DNA of 63,323 nt, filler included, from Perkinsus chesapeaki ATCC PRA-425 (taxonomy: Eukaryota; Protista; Perkinsozoa): the NCBI GenBank assembly GCA_013115145.1. It is 6 parts of 6 records of this genome, joined end to end, with 100 filler letters (N's around TTAATTAATTAA, not from the genome) between each part and the next. Parts side by side here need not be neighbours in the genome. Positions count along the whole stretch, not along the records: positions 12,087 to 39,108 come from JAAPAO010000498.1; positions 39,209 to 47,807 come from JAAPAO010000965.1; positions 47,908 to 55,587 come from JAAPAO010001018.1; 3 more parts are not named here. The stretch is one strand, 5' to 3'. Shown here in pieces: positions 37,128 through 48,131 of this stretch. Numbering within the stretch: position 1 is the first letter of the stretch; each line of letters begins with the position of its first letter. Made by a program: the position numbers and the translations under genes. Below the pieces are notes generated by a model. The model ran no database searches. It saw nothing but the letters and a program-made list of their open reading frames with translations, and was not told the origin of the DNA.

Positions 37128-38876
37128 CTACAGCCCGAACGTCGTCCTTCTTCGTTTCTGTGACGACCCCCCTTTGTGACCAGTCCCGGGGCCATTGGTG
37201 CTGGTACTGCTGGCGCTGGTGCCCTGCTGACTCGACGGTGATGGACTGCCCACTGAGGCCCCGCCATAAGAGGACCTGACCATGCGCGCTGCCGCCGCTG
37301 CAACACTTGTTGCCGAGGAGTTAAGTACCTCGGATTTAAGGTAGTCATCAAGCGATCGGATCTTCAACATAGACCACTCGGCCGAGGTACCGACTTTCCT
37401 CGATAAAGCCTCATCAAGCATAACACCAAGCTGTGTGTTTATCTCAGCCTCCTTCTCCCGCGCCACCTTCTGTTCATCATCACGCATATCATCCTCCCTA
37501 TGCACTATCGGCGTAAGGTGTAGCACCCCTCGAGTATCATCTATCCAATCGATATAGGTGTACACCTTCATACCAGCCTCCTTCTCTTGGAAGTGCGATC
37601 GAACCTCCTCCACCAGGCCAAGCACATCAGTGTTTTTGGTACCAATAGGGATGCCCTCAAGCACTCGATACTGCCTCGGTCTATCATTCACCGCCCGATC
37701 ACCCGCAGCCTCGGATAAATTCACACAGTAGTAGGACTGCGCCAGCGCCACGAAATTAATGAACTGCTTCTTCTCCTCATCCGTCATCTTCGCCGTGAGC
37801 GCCGCAAAAACCTTTCCAGTGGCGACGGCATCAAAACCGGCCTCGTGAAATTTCTCCTCTCCGTCCTCGCCGTCGAACTTCCTAGAGAACTCGTCCGCGC
37901 CGTGTATCTTCTCAACGACCGGATCATGGGCGAAGCGCTCTGCCAGCTGCGAGAGGCCAACCCCGTGGTACCCAGACTCAATGGCTATCTGTCGGGTATC
38001 ATAAATTCCAGATGGGAACAATTGCCGAACACGCGCCTTGAAGTTGGCCAGCTCACTCGGCAAATCTTGGTCGAACTGCTGCAGCATCCACATAAGGTCC
38101 AACATGCCATTGTGAAGTATTATAGGTTTCTTAGCCTGCAATAGCGCCTTCCATACCCGCCTGAAGCCCAGCTTCTCCCGTACCAAATCCCGCATAGACC
38201 GCCTGGTGACGAACCTTTCGGTATACGCCCCAACACGGACTGATTCCACAAGAAGGTCTGGGTGGTTCGCCTTGATACGCGCTGTGGCCACCTTGAGCGC
38301 TACACCGCGAAGATTCGGCATCTTATAGGAATCGCGATCGGGATCCTTGGCGAACTCCGCCACCGCCTGGACAGTGTTCTCAACATTCTGCTTGGCCTGT
38401 GGGTTGTGTATCTCAGGCAGGCCCTCTCCACTGGAGTCCTCTCGGCTCTCCTTCTCCAATGCCTCAGCCAGTCTAGATTCCACTACTGCATTGACATAAG
38501 TAAGCCCCTTATCAATCCACCTCTGAAAGTCCATCCCCTGCTCCCTTAGGAAGGCAATAGCTGCTGAACACAGCCCCACAGACGGCACCCAGGCGACACC
38601 CAAATCATTGACAGGCCTCGGGAACACGTAGAAGTTCCAAGCTCTATACTCCTCTCCCTTAAAGGCCGCTATTCCCACTTGCATCACACCATACTTCTTA
38701 GCGGCTACTCTGTTCTTTCTATACCGTACCGCCGTGGAATCGGAGCCTGATGGCTGGTGGGCCGAATCGTGAATGCCGGTCATCTCGAGATCGAGAGCGA
38801 TGTAGTCAGCCTCGTTCAGAGCGGCTTTCACCGTCTTGAACAAAGCGTCATCGAAGTTCGTCGCATCAACATCCAT
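37128..38876 (-). CDS. PARN: Poly(A)-specific ribonuclease, CAF1/DEDD family, intronless
   Basis: ADYIALDLEMTGI (Exo I), AIAFLREQGMDFQRWIDKGLTY, KKPIILHNGMLDL (Exo II), GIYDTRQI, HEAGFDAVATG (Exo III). First ATG at 38876 (MDVDATNF). Confidence 0.92.
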   Translation of the reverse strand: MDVDATNFDDALFKTVKAALNEADYIALDLEMTGIHDSAHQPSGSDSTAVRYRKNRVAAKKYGVMQVGIAAFKGEEYRAWNFYVFPRPVNDLGVAWVPSVGLCSAAIAFLREQGMDFQRWIDKGLTYVNAVVESRLAEALEKESREDSSGEGLPEIHNPQAKQNVENTVQAVAEFAKDPDRDSYKMPNLRGVALKVATARIKANHPDLLVESVRVGAYTERFVTRRSMRDLVREKLGFRRVWKALLQAKKPIILHNGMLDLMWMLQQFDQDLPSELANFKARVRQLFPSGIYDTRQIAIESGYHGVGLSQLAERFAHDPVVEKIHGADEFSRKFDGEDGEEKFHEAGFDAVATGKVFAALTAKMTDEEKKQFINFVALAQSYYCVNLSEAAGDRAVNDRPRQYRVLEGIPIGTKNTDVLGLVEEVRSHFQEKEAGMKVYTYIDWIDDTRGVLHLTPIVHREDDMRDDEQKVAREKEAEINTQLGVMLDEALSRKVGTSAEWSMLKIRSLDDYLKSEVLNSSATSVAAAAARMVRSSYGGASVGSPSPSSQQGTSASSTSTNGPGTGHKGGSSQKRRRTTFGL

Positions 38877-39108
38877 TTGGCTCGAGGAATCAACAAAAGC
38901 TGCCCTAACAACGCTCTGGAAAGTTAGATACACGCAAGCGCTTCGTGCGTCAACTCGAGTTTTTAGGCGGAGCGAAGCGATTCATCTTGCGACATTTTGT
39001 CCCAATGCGCGGGCCGGGGCGCGGCAGCGCCTAGGTAATAGTAAAGAGGTAAAGGGAAAAGAGCTGTAGTAAGCGCCGCCGAACGCTGGCGCCTAGGCCC
39101 GTGGAAGA

Positions 39109-39208
39109 NNNNNNNNNNNNNNNNNNNNNNNNNNNNNNNNNNNNNNNNNNNNTTAATTAATTAANNNNNNNNNNNNNNNNNNNNNNNNNNNNNNNNNNNN
39201 NNNNNNNN
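39109..39208. other. Artificial contig linker
   Basis: N44-TTAATTAATTAA-N44. Confidence 0.98.
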
Positions 39209-39311
39209 CTTTATAACAGTTCGGGTGTTCGGGGGTTACCTGTATCGAGGTTATTATCGGGCAATCAGGGTTATTATCGGGTAGTCGGGGTTTTTTTTCT
39301 TGGCTTTGGGA

Positions 39312-39419
39312 ATTGGATTGTAACAGGAGTGTGGATTGTAAGCGGGGTGTGGATTTTAAGCCGGGTGTGGATTGTAAGCGGGGTGTGGATTTCACGCTGG
39401 GTGTGGATTGTAACGGGGG
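39312..39419. repeat. 18-bp degenerate tandem repeat TGTGGATTGTAAGCGGGG, 6 units
   Basis: Units at 39330, 39348, 39366, 39384, 39402 plus a degenerate unit at 39312. Confidence 0.9.
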
Positions 39420-39879
39420 TTCGATTGCAACTTAAGATTTGCAAGGGCTTTTTCCTGTCAAAAACACAACACTCCTAATTTCTGAGGGAAACGCCGGGTT
39501 CCTTCTAATACGAAAGTTTGCACGCGCCAGCGGCCGTTTAAGGACTTTAAATGCTGAAGGCAAAGTACTTCACGGACTTCCTGCCGGCAACGTGCGACTG
39601 CACAACGTTTAATTAAGACTTAATTTTCCTGCTGAAGTTTAATTTACTTCATTCCCTAGTGCTCATCTGGCCCGTCGATGGATGCCCGTCTTGGAACGCC
39701 ATATACGATAACATCTTTCCACCAGGCCGGCCTTCTCTTAGTGCGCTTCGCTCTAGCTGCGACTCCTAAAGCCTGACTAATTGCAGTCTCGAGCCGAGCA
39801 CTCCTTCACCTGTTGTATCTTTTGACGTCGAACTCCCCGACCCTCTTTTCCCTCCGACCGTTTGATCATCTGAGGCCAT

Positions 39880-41300
39880 TCATTCTAGCGGGCTTCCACC
39901 ACTCTCATACTTACCTGCCTTTTGCAATGGAGACTGGTTCATCGTGATATCGGTTGGGTGTCTCGAGAGGCATCCACGGCTTCTGCTTGGAACTCCAGGC
40001 TTCTTCACCACAGGCATTTTCACATTGCTGCTCCACTTTACTTGCACACTTCCCGCTTCCGTCCCGACATTCCGACTCTCTGAGGCCGTTTCCGGAACTT
40101 CCAAATGTTGCCTTTCTCCGACTACCATTGCGTTCATAGGAGTACCAGTTACCGACGCCAGCATGCTTACGAACGTACTGTGGCTGCACTGTAACGTTTT
40201 TGAAAATGACAGGCAACTACATAGAGGCCGCGAACGCCCTGGCATCATCCGTCCCGACTTCGGTTCCTTTAATACTAATACACATATGTGAATTTGAAGG
40301 ACCTCCCTTTCGAATTTCTCCACGGAGTCGATGTCCTCGGCGCCGCTTAACTTCAGTGATAGCTCCAGCCTTCTCCGCACTTCTTTCTCCTCCAATCCTC
40401 TACCCTTACGCTTGGACGATGGCACACAGAACACCCGGCAATAGTCTTCGAGACCGGTTACAACCACTTCCACATGTGTCTCCGGCGTTTTACCTAGCGA
40501 TATGGCGCCAAGGTACTCTTGCCCTCTGGCCAATGCTTTTGCGCACATTATCGGGCATGCTGTTGGCATTTCAAATGTGCTGCTATCTCGCACCTTTCCG
40601 GACTTCGAAATCACTGTGTTGCTCCCAAGGAATCCGAGAAGTGCTGCCACTAGCCCTTCGTCTCCTGCATGTCCAATTAGTCTGTCGTCATCTAAATAGT
40701 GATGTCTGAACGAGTGGAAAGTCGATTCCGCCTGATTGTTGTAGACGGGCCGACATCCGATCCTTATGTCGGCCCGTTCTCTCACCGCCTCAGCAACAGC
40801 CGCCAGAGGGCATATGTGATGAAAGCTGCCGTTCGTCCAATCCCTCCAAGATGTGATGTCACGTTCCACGTCACGTCGTAGCAGTCCGTTCATTGCATCT
40901 AAACCAGTTCCACCTCATGTCACGTTCGTCGATTGGGGATCTCAGGGTTCGCCGGTGATGCCGAATACACATGTGGACTACATTCTCACTAAAATCGCAG
41001 CGCAGATAGGTGTAGTGGGTTACTAATAGTAATGTGAGTGTTTCATAGTCTACTGGAGACCTCTGGTTCCTATGCTGTAAGCACCTCGTTTCCAGGACGG
41101 TATGCATAAACGCAATCGCCAATTAGACTTCTAGTTGCTTGCTGCCTCCGCGAGGCTGGTAGAGGCAGTTCCGGGTGGGATGCACTCACCACTTCATTGT
41201 TGTGGTGTGAAATTTACACTGTAAATGCAGACAATTGAAGGGCATACAAGCCAGGAAGGCAACGCCCACGATAGGAAACTCACTCATCACAAAATATCTC
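39880..41300 (-). mobile_element. Mutator/MULE-like transposase with SWIM zinc finger, split by a frame change near 40880
   Basis: VDYE (second D), HMCIRH (CxxH), NNQAESTFHSFR (catalytic E motif) and CSCLSFSKTLQCSH (CxCx7CxH SWIM) in MULE order. First D and element ends not identified. Confidence 0.65.
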
Positions 41301-42562
41301 GGGTTAATGAGTCTGCCCGTTTCAGCCATTGGATTTCAGAGCTTCTCACGGATAAAATTCTTTGCATGCGTCAGGAAATGGATGACTCAAATGTCCGCAT
41401 ACATCCGTATAACGGGAATATGATGGCGAATCATCACCCGTATTGCGCTGCTTGAGACTGCGTACGCCACTCAGGCTGTCTTCTTCTTTTACGCGGTTTG
41501 GCCCAGTTGGCCATGCGCCCCCGGCTATCGAGGCAATTCACTATGCTGACACATAGGCTCCGATCTGGAGTCCTGGACTGGCATACACCCTTACAAGGTC
41601 GGAGGCCATATATTGATTGTGGGCTTAGTATATCATCTACGGAGTAAGTGAAACCGACCCTTCCCCCGCGAGCTACTGCTCTGTCAGCATCTCGTATTCA
41701 GCATGGTCTCCATATAATCGTCGATTGTACTACTGGTCCAGGCCCTGGACTCCAGGAAACAGCTGACTGCCGTGCCCCCTGCGCGGCGCACATCATGCGG
41801 CCCAGCGTCTGACGCCTACTCCTTCTATTTGCAGAAGCTCTCGTGTTCGCGAGGCAGACTTGAGCAATTCCGAGGACCTCAACAAATCGTCGAGGGCCTC
41901 CCATTTATCGTTTGTGAGGGCTCTTCTTCTGCACAGGGCGCTTCATATTTCGGAAACGGCAAAATATTCCCATTTCGGAAATTTTCGGAAATCTCCGGAA
42001 ATAATTTTTTTCGCTGCGCTGACGCGCAACGCTGAGCTGATATGAGGCGATCCTGATATCGGACGCGTATGTTGCTGCATTCGCGGCGAATGATTCGCCT
42101 AAAACTTGTAATCTTACAGTACTTTGATGTTAGCGATCGCCTCGGTGCTCGATTCTGTTTGCGTTATTGTAGAGTCTACAATGTAGACCACAAAATGCAG
42201 TTGTTCAGTTGTTGGCAAAGCGTACGGTCTATAATCAGGGTCAATCAGGTCCGAAGTTCGAAATCCAAACTGAGTATAGCCTATATCCTATAGACTACAA
42301 GATAGTGTAACACAGCGCAGTTGACCTGAGAGCGAAGCAATAATACTCGCCGCAAATCAGCGCAAGCCCGAAATTTTAATAGCTCCGAGATTAGGTCGCA
42401 GGGGCTTACGTTCGAATTCCGGATTATCGAATAATCATCATCCGGGCCGGATGTTAGTACAGCGGGTCCACCTCGAAACTCACCAAAGAATGCAAGATCG
42501 ATGTAGCATCTTCGGGACGCGCAGGGTTACATTATTCATAAAGACAATGCTTTAGGTTGGAA

Positions 42563-42601
42563 CTGGAAATGTGACTGGCTAGTAGCTAGTCACATTTCCA
42601 G
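42563..42601. repeat. Palindrome, 19-bp arms with one mismatch, 1-nt spacer
   Basis: CTGGAAATGTGACTGGCTA-G-TAGCTAGTCACATTTCCAG. Confidence 0.9.
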
Positions 42602-43463
42602 TAGCTAGTAGGACTTGACTATGACTATGTTAGGGACTTGACTATGTTATATAACATACTGCTGATGATGATCATGATGTGATGAACAGAATACTAATAG
42701 ACAACGGAATATACAACATAGGGACTGACTAACAGCTAAGACCATTTACTTACTACTAGAAATGCAAAAGTCTTTGCCGTTAACACTAGGACTCAACAAA
42801 GAGTACAAACAGATGAAACAGGCAAAGTAAAAGCGAATGAGTAATACTGCAGGATCATCCTGGCGTCGTAACCCGCCCGGCAGCCCTGCACTTGCCGTCG
42901 GCAAGTTGCCGATCAGCCCGCGGTGATACCCTGACTTACCCGGCGGCAACCGGACAGCCCATCACTTCACCCGGCATTACCCGAAAATATACGGGTGGCC
43001 TTCGGACTCCAAAGTTTTGAGGATTCTCCTAACGATGCATAGTCTAACTCCAGTGCTATACGGGCCGTATAATACGGCGCATACAGCAGTATTCGCGCAC
43101 ACATTCAGTGTGTCACATAATGCGACTCACATTGGCGCGCGCACTCCTACCTGCAGGCACGGGAACGAGCAGAGTGTATACAAGGCTTATTTTGGTAGGT
43201 TACCGGTAGCCACTAATTACATTCATTGTGATGAAAATTTCCGCGTTTATCATCACTCTAATGTCCACCATAAGCGACTTCATTCGTTCCAGGAATGGAG
43301 AGAGCGAAATAATATCCCGGGGATATGCTCTTCTACTTCTTCGTGATTCTATTAAGTTGATAGTATCAACCGCTTTTCAAGGTGACCTTGACAAGGTCCC
43401 TATAGGGTCCTCTTATATTTCAATAACCCATCCCCATGAATATTCGCTTCTACCGGTATCCAT

Positions 43464-43503
43464 GTGAGTACCAGACTGGTACTCACTGGTACTACCAGTG
43501 AGT
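43464..43503. repeat. Two overlapping perfect palindromes, 11-bp arms, 1-nt spacers
   Basis: GTGAGTACCAG-A-CTGGTACTCAC (43464-43486) and ACTCACTGGTA-C-TACCAGTGAGT (43481-43503). Confidence 0.9.
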
Positions 43504-43696
43504 CTACAGCATAAGACGCTCTTCGTTCGGATTCTACGACCCTTGTTTTATAAATTAGAGGCCTTAGATCTGCGGTGCCGGGCGACCGAGAGCGAGGCTT
43601 GTTGAAATTGCAACGCCTAATAGGCTATCATCCTGCCAGAGTGGTGCAGTAAACTGGGCATAATAATGAATCAACAGACAAGGCACTGGAACCGTG

Positions 43697-44471
43697 TCAG
43701 GCCTCTCGCTGACACGCCACCCAATAGTGTATAAGTTCACCTCTGCGCTTGGTCAGCTCTTGAATTCGCTTAGGCATCGTATCGATGAGCTTATCCGTGT
43801 TGATGGTGCGAGACGCGCATCGGATGCGAGCTACAAAATCGGATTCTGTGTAACAACTTGCCACTGGTAAAAGCCGCTCATCACGACCTCCCGGCGGAGT
43901 TGATTTGCGGAGTTGATTCTTCCAAAGTGAAAATGCATTTTCGATCAAGTTTAGGTCGGGAGACCTAGGAGAGAAGGCTATATAAGCAGCCCCAAATGTT
44001 CGTAATATACTTCTGCAAGTTTTAGTCCGCTGACTAGCCAAATTATAGGCAAGAATGCACTTTTTATTATCGTGGTTGGCCTTGCACCTTTGCCCGAGCC
44101 TCGGAATGACATGCTTGCCCAGAACCTACGCCGGTTCTGTATTACTTGGGACTTCAACAATCTCAGGCAGCTGCCCGTAGCCTATTAGACTCAGTAGTTT
44201 GACCTTTCCTCCGCAAGGGAAGCAGCTCCTAGTGGTCTCCCCGTAGAGCGTCGGGTCACCCGACTCGGGTGTGACCATGCACGGTCCTTCGCAGCCGCAA
44301 GGCCTCCATGCTCGGACTCCGACCAATCCGTTGGGACATTTCCCATGTAAAATGACCTTCACGACGTAAGATTATTATACTGTTGGTTTCCGAGCTTCTC
44401 AGGAAGTAGGGGTTTCGGGAGCCCGAATACGCCCGATGATCGGGCCCCGATCTGAGGAAGAAAAAATGCAC
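43697..44471 (-). pseudogene. Decayed Tc1/IS630-mariner DDE transposase
   Basis: FSPRSPDLNLIENAFSLWK matches SPDLNPIENxW; C-terminal LIDTMPKRIQELTKRRG; the DNaxxH motif has decayed to YNLASQ; several frame breaks upstream. Confidence 0.8.
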
Positions 44472-44638
44472 GCTGAGAGTGGTCGACTAGAGTCCTCTAT
44501 GCAACTAAAACTATCATAGTTAACTCACCCATTTCTCCCACCTCACCCTCCGACCAATGTTGGAGAACATGTAAGCATTGCTTACTGAGCAAGCTGCTCC
44601 TATGATGCTCATCCAACATTGGTGCAGGGGTAAGGCGG

Positions 44639-44675
44639 GAGACGATAGCATATTCCCGGGATATGCTATCGTCTC
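44639..44675. repeat. Perfect inverted repeat, 15-bp arms, 7-nt loop
   Basis: GAGACGATAGCATAT-TCCCGGG-ATATGCTATCGTCTC. Confidence 0.9.
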
Positions 44676-45359
44676 ACAGGGGATATTATCCCGTGTGATG
44701 CGATCCTTCCCTGTATAGTAGTGATGACGCAAAATTCAGGCAGTTCAGGAAAGAACTTGTTATCCCAATGAAGGGAACATAGCTACCGAACACAGCCTTA
44801 GCGTAATTGTGTTCACGCGGATAGAAACAATATTATGGGACAAATAACACAATATCGCCTACACCTGTACAGTACAGGCCGTACTACTTATGCGTTTGAC
44901 TGACGCATCAAGACGAATTAAATGATATAATAACTGATAGGTGAAATACCTCAGAGTAGTCCCTAGTCTTGCGAAGCTCTAGCCTAGTCAATATCGCTAC
45001 ATAATAATATTATGCTTATATTATAAGTATGCTAAAATGACAGCACAGTGTAACTGACGTTCTGTTACCTTTCTCCGGGGGAAGCTCCTGTGGACGAAAT
45101 AGAGCCCTCCCTGGTTTCAAATTCGGTCGTCCCGTCTCCGTCGCTACTAAGTCTGCTAGACGTAAATCACCGTTTCGTGAGTGAGATCGGTTGTGGTTTT
45201 CTTCGCCGATTTGATGCAGAGTGTGCTTGCTCACTCACAGACTTCTACGCCAACGAGTGTAACTATTTCATGCAGTTTGCACGACACCTCCTGTCCCTTC
45301 GACCATGATGTGTATGTACCATTGGCTGTCCGCAACCTAAAGCGGTTGTTTTTTTTCCC

Positions 45360-45929
45360 ATTCTGCCAAGACGCAGAATCCCTCTTGGAATCGACCAGGA
45401 AATCATAACCATATACACCGACGCCGAGTTCAGCGTTGACGACAGCGGACAGATGTCAGGCCGGGTGGGAAGCGTCATACTGCTCCCTGATTCCCGCACA
45501 AGATATATGACTTGGGCAGTACCTCAACAATTATTCGCGGCCCTCAACCAAAGGCAGACCCAAATAACACCGCTGGAAGTTCTCGCGGTCCCGCTTAGCC
45601 TACACCACTGGCTGAAAGACGACCAGGCCCTAAAAGGACGAGACCAGCAAGGCGCGGGGATGGCTGTCAAACTATTCATTGACTCCACTGCAGCGGAAGG
45701 CTGTATACGCAAGGGATCAAGCAAACACAGTGACATAAATGCTCTGGCGGCCCAAACATGGAAGACTGCGGCCACCAACAACATGACCATCTGGGTAGAT
45801 CGAGTGGCCTCGGCGGCAAACCCCGCCGACCTCCCGAGCAGGGCGCAGGAAAGCCTATGCGAGAGCATGGGTTGGACGAAGTCAGTGGCCGACGGTGACG
45901 TCGACTGGCTCCAATGGCTGCGCATATAG
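45360..45929 (+). CDS. DIRS-type RNase H domain without an upstream RT
   Basis: Open frame from 45360: IYTDA, ITPLEVLA, LFIDSTAAEGCIRKGSS, ANPADLPSR; all four acidic catalytic positions present. Confidence 0.85.
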   Translation: MLPRRRIPLGIDQEIITIYTDAEFSVDDSGQMSGRVGSVILLPDSRTRYMTWAVPQQLFAALNQRQTQITPLEVLAVPLSLHHWLKDDQALKGRDQQGAGMAVKLFIDSTAAEGCIRKGSSKHSDINALAAQTWKTAATNNMTIWVDRVASAANPADLPSRAQESLCESMGWTKSVADGDVDWLQWLRI

Positions 45930-46498
45930 CCTATGCAGTCAGAAGCCCAGCGGGGCTGTAAAATTGCGTAGCCGTGATAGAGTAGCCTACCTAGGAACAT
46001 AGGAAGAGGTAGGCAGCCTAGCCAAACCTCGGCGTGGTTGTACCCGAAATTACGTCGTGTGCAGATCTTCACCACATGTCACACAACTAACTTAACTTGG
46101 CAACAGCCCGACATGAACACTCCTGGTCACTCGGTGCGGCTTACCGCAGGTATATGGGGGGGCGGGAAGACCGCTACTAAATTCAAATTCAGGATCCTCA
46201 ACACGTGGCGACGCCACGGGACAATCGGCACCTACAGGAGGGACAACCCGCCTAACGGTTAGATGGCCTTCGGTATACCGATGGATCCGGGCAACCCCGG
46301 CTGGCGTGACCTCGGCACGACGGAAACCAGTACGACAGGATGCAACAAGATCTCGGAGCTGGTCACCACTCATAGACTCAGGCGCGATCGGTTCACCGAA
46401 GGATCCGGGATCTCCGGCGGGCACACTTCGTTGCGAGCCTCACCCAAAACTGGTACGACAGGATAAATTAAAAATCATATACGGGACCCGTATTACGG

Positions 46499-47608
46499 GT
46501 GGCAAAATTCGATGGTTCACTATCGCGCTACTACAGCTATCCCACCTTTTGTGCTAAAATATCACCAATCACTCGTTTTACTTCGTCAGATACTAGCCCA
46601 GATGCGATAGAGCGGCTACTCCAACAGTTCGCAGGAGCAAGGAAATTGATGAGTGTAAGTGCAGGCACCTTAAGGACTTATACTTGCGGCACACGCAACT
46701 ACATTAAGTTCTGCTCGGTGATCAACCAAGAGTCGTTCCCACCGGACCCGCAGACAGTCAGTATATGGCTTATGACGTTCCGCCGGGCCACCACGGCCAA
46801 GAACTATCTCACGGGACTGAGGTTCTTTGCAAAGATCCTCTGCCCGAACCATGGGGCAGGACCCATCCTGGACACCGAAGCAATCAAGGACTCCTTGCAT
46901 GTCCTTAAAATGGTATCGCCACCCCCGGAGAAGAAGCTCGGCATCCGGATGGCTATGATACTCAAAATCCTTAGACGCCTCGACAATCTATGGGAAATCG
47001 CCAGGACCGGGTCTCGCTATGAAATAACAGCGGCCACAGAGGAGGGCAGGTTTGCGGTCGGCGCGCTGGTAGCATACACATGTGCCCTGCGAGTCGGATC
47101 CGAGCTCCTGGTATTGTCGTGGAACCAAATATCATTCAACCCACAGGCAAACAGTTTCACTATCCATCTCCCTCATCGTAAAAATATTAGGCATCCGGTT
47201 ACTGTCGAGCGACCTTGCGTCTGCTCCGCAGAACCCGCTCTTTGTGCCTACCACCGGCTGCTGTTTCTGAAGCAACTCCTGCCCGAGTGGGGCAAGGGGC
47301 AATCAAACTCGGGCACTAGCTGCGGTAAATGGTTTCCATATACCTTAGGTTGTTTCAACACTAAGCTCCGCAAGACCCTCGAAGCAATCGGTGTATCAGA
47401 AGTCTCCAAGTATGCGTCTCACTCCTTCAGACGAGGCAGCACGCAGGACATTACGTCGGGCGGAGGGAAGGCGTCGCTGACACAAGTACTGCGCCATCAA
47501 CAAGTTGCGAGTGCGTCATACCGGCAGTATCTTGACACCCGTGAAGCCGAGAAGCTTGAGTTCGAACAACTGGTGACGGCAATGTGCGCCCAGCAACGAC
47601 GGCAGTGA
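46499..47608 (+). CDS. Tyrosine recombinase of a DIRS/Ngaro-like retroelement (first in-frame ATG at 46649)
   Basis: SAM-like N-terminal region (TLRTY..NY..FC; TAKNYLTGLR) and catalytic set ALR(V)GSE, HRK, HSFRRG, LRH, YRQY. Confidence 0.92.
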   Translation: MAKFDGSLSRYYSYPTFCAKISPITRFTSSDTSPDAIERLLQQFAGARKLMSVSAGTLRTYTCGTRNYIKFCSVINQESFPPDPQTVSIWLMTFRRATTAKNYLTGLRFFAKILCPNHGAGPILDTEAIKDSLHVLKMVSPPPEKKLGIRMAMILKILRRLDNLWEIARTGSRYEITAATEEGRFAVGALVAYTCALRVGSELLVLSWNQISFNPQANSFTIHLPHRKNIRHPVTVERPCVCSAEPALCAYHRLLFLKQLLPEWGKGQSNSGTSCGKWFPYTLGCFNTKLRKTLEAIGVSEVSKYASHSFRRGSTQDITSGGGKASLTQVLRHQQVASASYRQYLDTREAEKLEFEQLVTAMCAQQRRQ

Positions 47609-47807
47609 GCAAAATGGTGAGATGGGGGGAATGGGGCAAACGCGCCGCACGGGAAGCAAGGGAGGTCGAGTGCGAGTGCGTTTTACCCCATGAACCCCTC
47701 TACCTGTCGCGTTCACGAGTGATAGCGGATAAGTATGCAGAGTGTGCTTGCTCACTCACAGACTTCTACGCCAACGAGTGTAACTATTTCATGCAGTTTG
47801 CACGACA

Positions 47808-47907
47808 NNNNNNNNNNNNNNNNNNNNNNNNNNNNNNNNNNNNNNNNNNNNTTAATTAATTAANNNNNNNNNNNNNNNNNNNNNNNNNNNNNNNNNNNNN
47901 NNNNNNN
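47808..47907. other. Artificial contig linker
   Basis: N44-TTAATTAATTAA-N44. Confidence 0.98.
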
Positions 47908-48131
47908 TCCCCGATAGCAACCCTCGAGCAGGAGGAGCTTGATATATGACGATACCTTGTATAAGTTAATTGCGGAGCTTTATATTAGCTTCGCATGAAG
48001 CTTGCGACAGTTTTATTAGTTGTATCGTTTCGTTTCTGACACCGTGCATTCTAAACCGTGGAGATTTCTATCCGAAGCACCGCGCAAGGCTCCATTGGTA
48101 AAACAGCTAATGACTGTAATTTACTGATAGT
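47908..48131 (+). repeat. Left copy of a 224-bp inverted repeat bounding contig D
   Basis: Aligns without gaps to the reverse complement of 55364-55587 with 7 mismatches. Confidence 0.97.

Larger units (their letters stand above)
45214..47807 (+). mobile_element. Tyrosine-recombinase (DIRS/Ngaro/PAT-type) retroelement derivative: repeat - RNase H - recombinase - repeat; gag and RT absent; truncated by the contig end
   Basis: Identical 73-bp direct repeats at 45214-45286 and 47735-47807 flank a DIRS-type RNase H and a tyrosine recombinase on the same strand. Confidence 0.85.

Noticed and set aside
39027-39039. 13-mer GCGCCTAGGTAAT shared with 55873-55885, both upstream of genes
   Set aside because: Dozens of chance 13-mer matches are expected in 63 kb; only two copies.
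39209-47807. Contig C as one composite mobile element (MULE + Tc1 + recombinase retroelement)
   Set aside because: No shared termini or target-site duplications; different decay states fit independent insertions.
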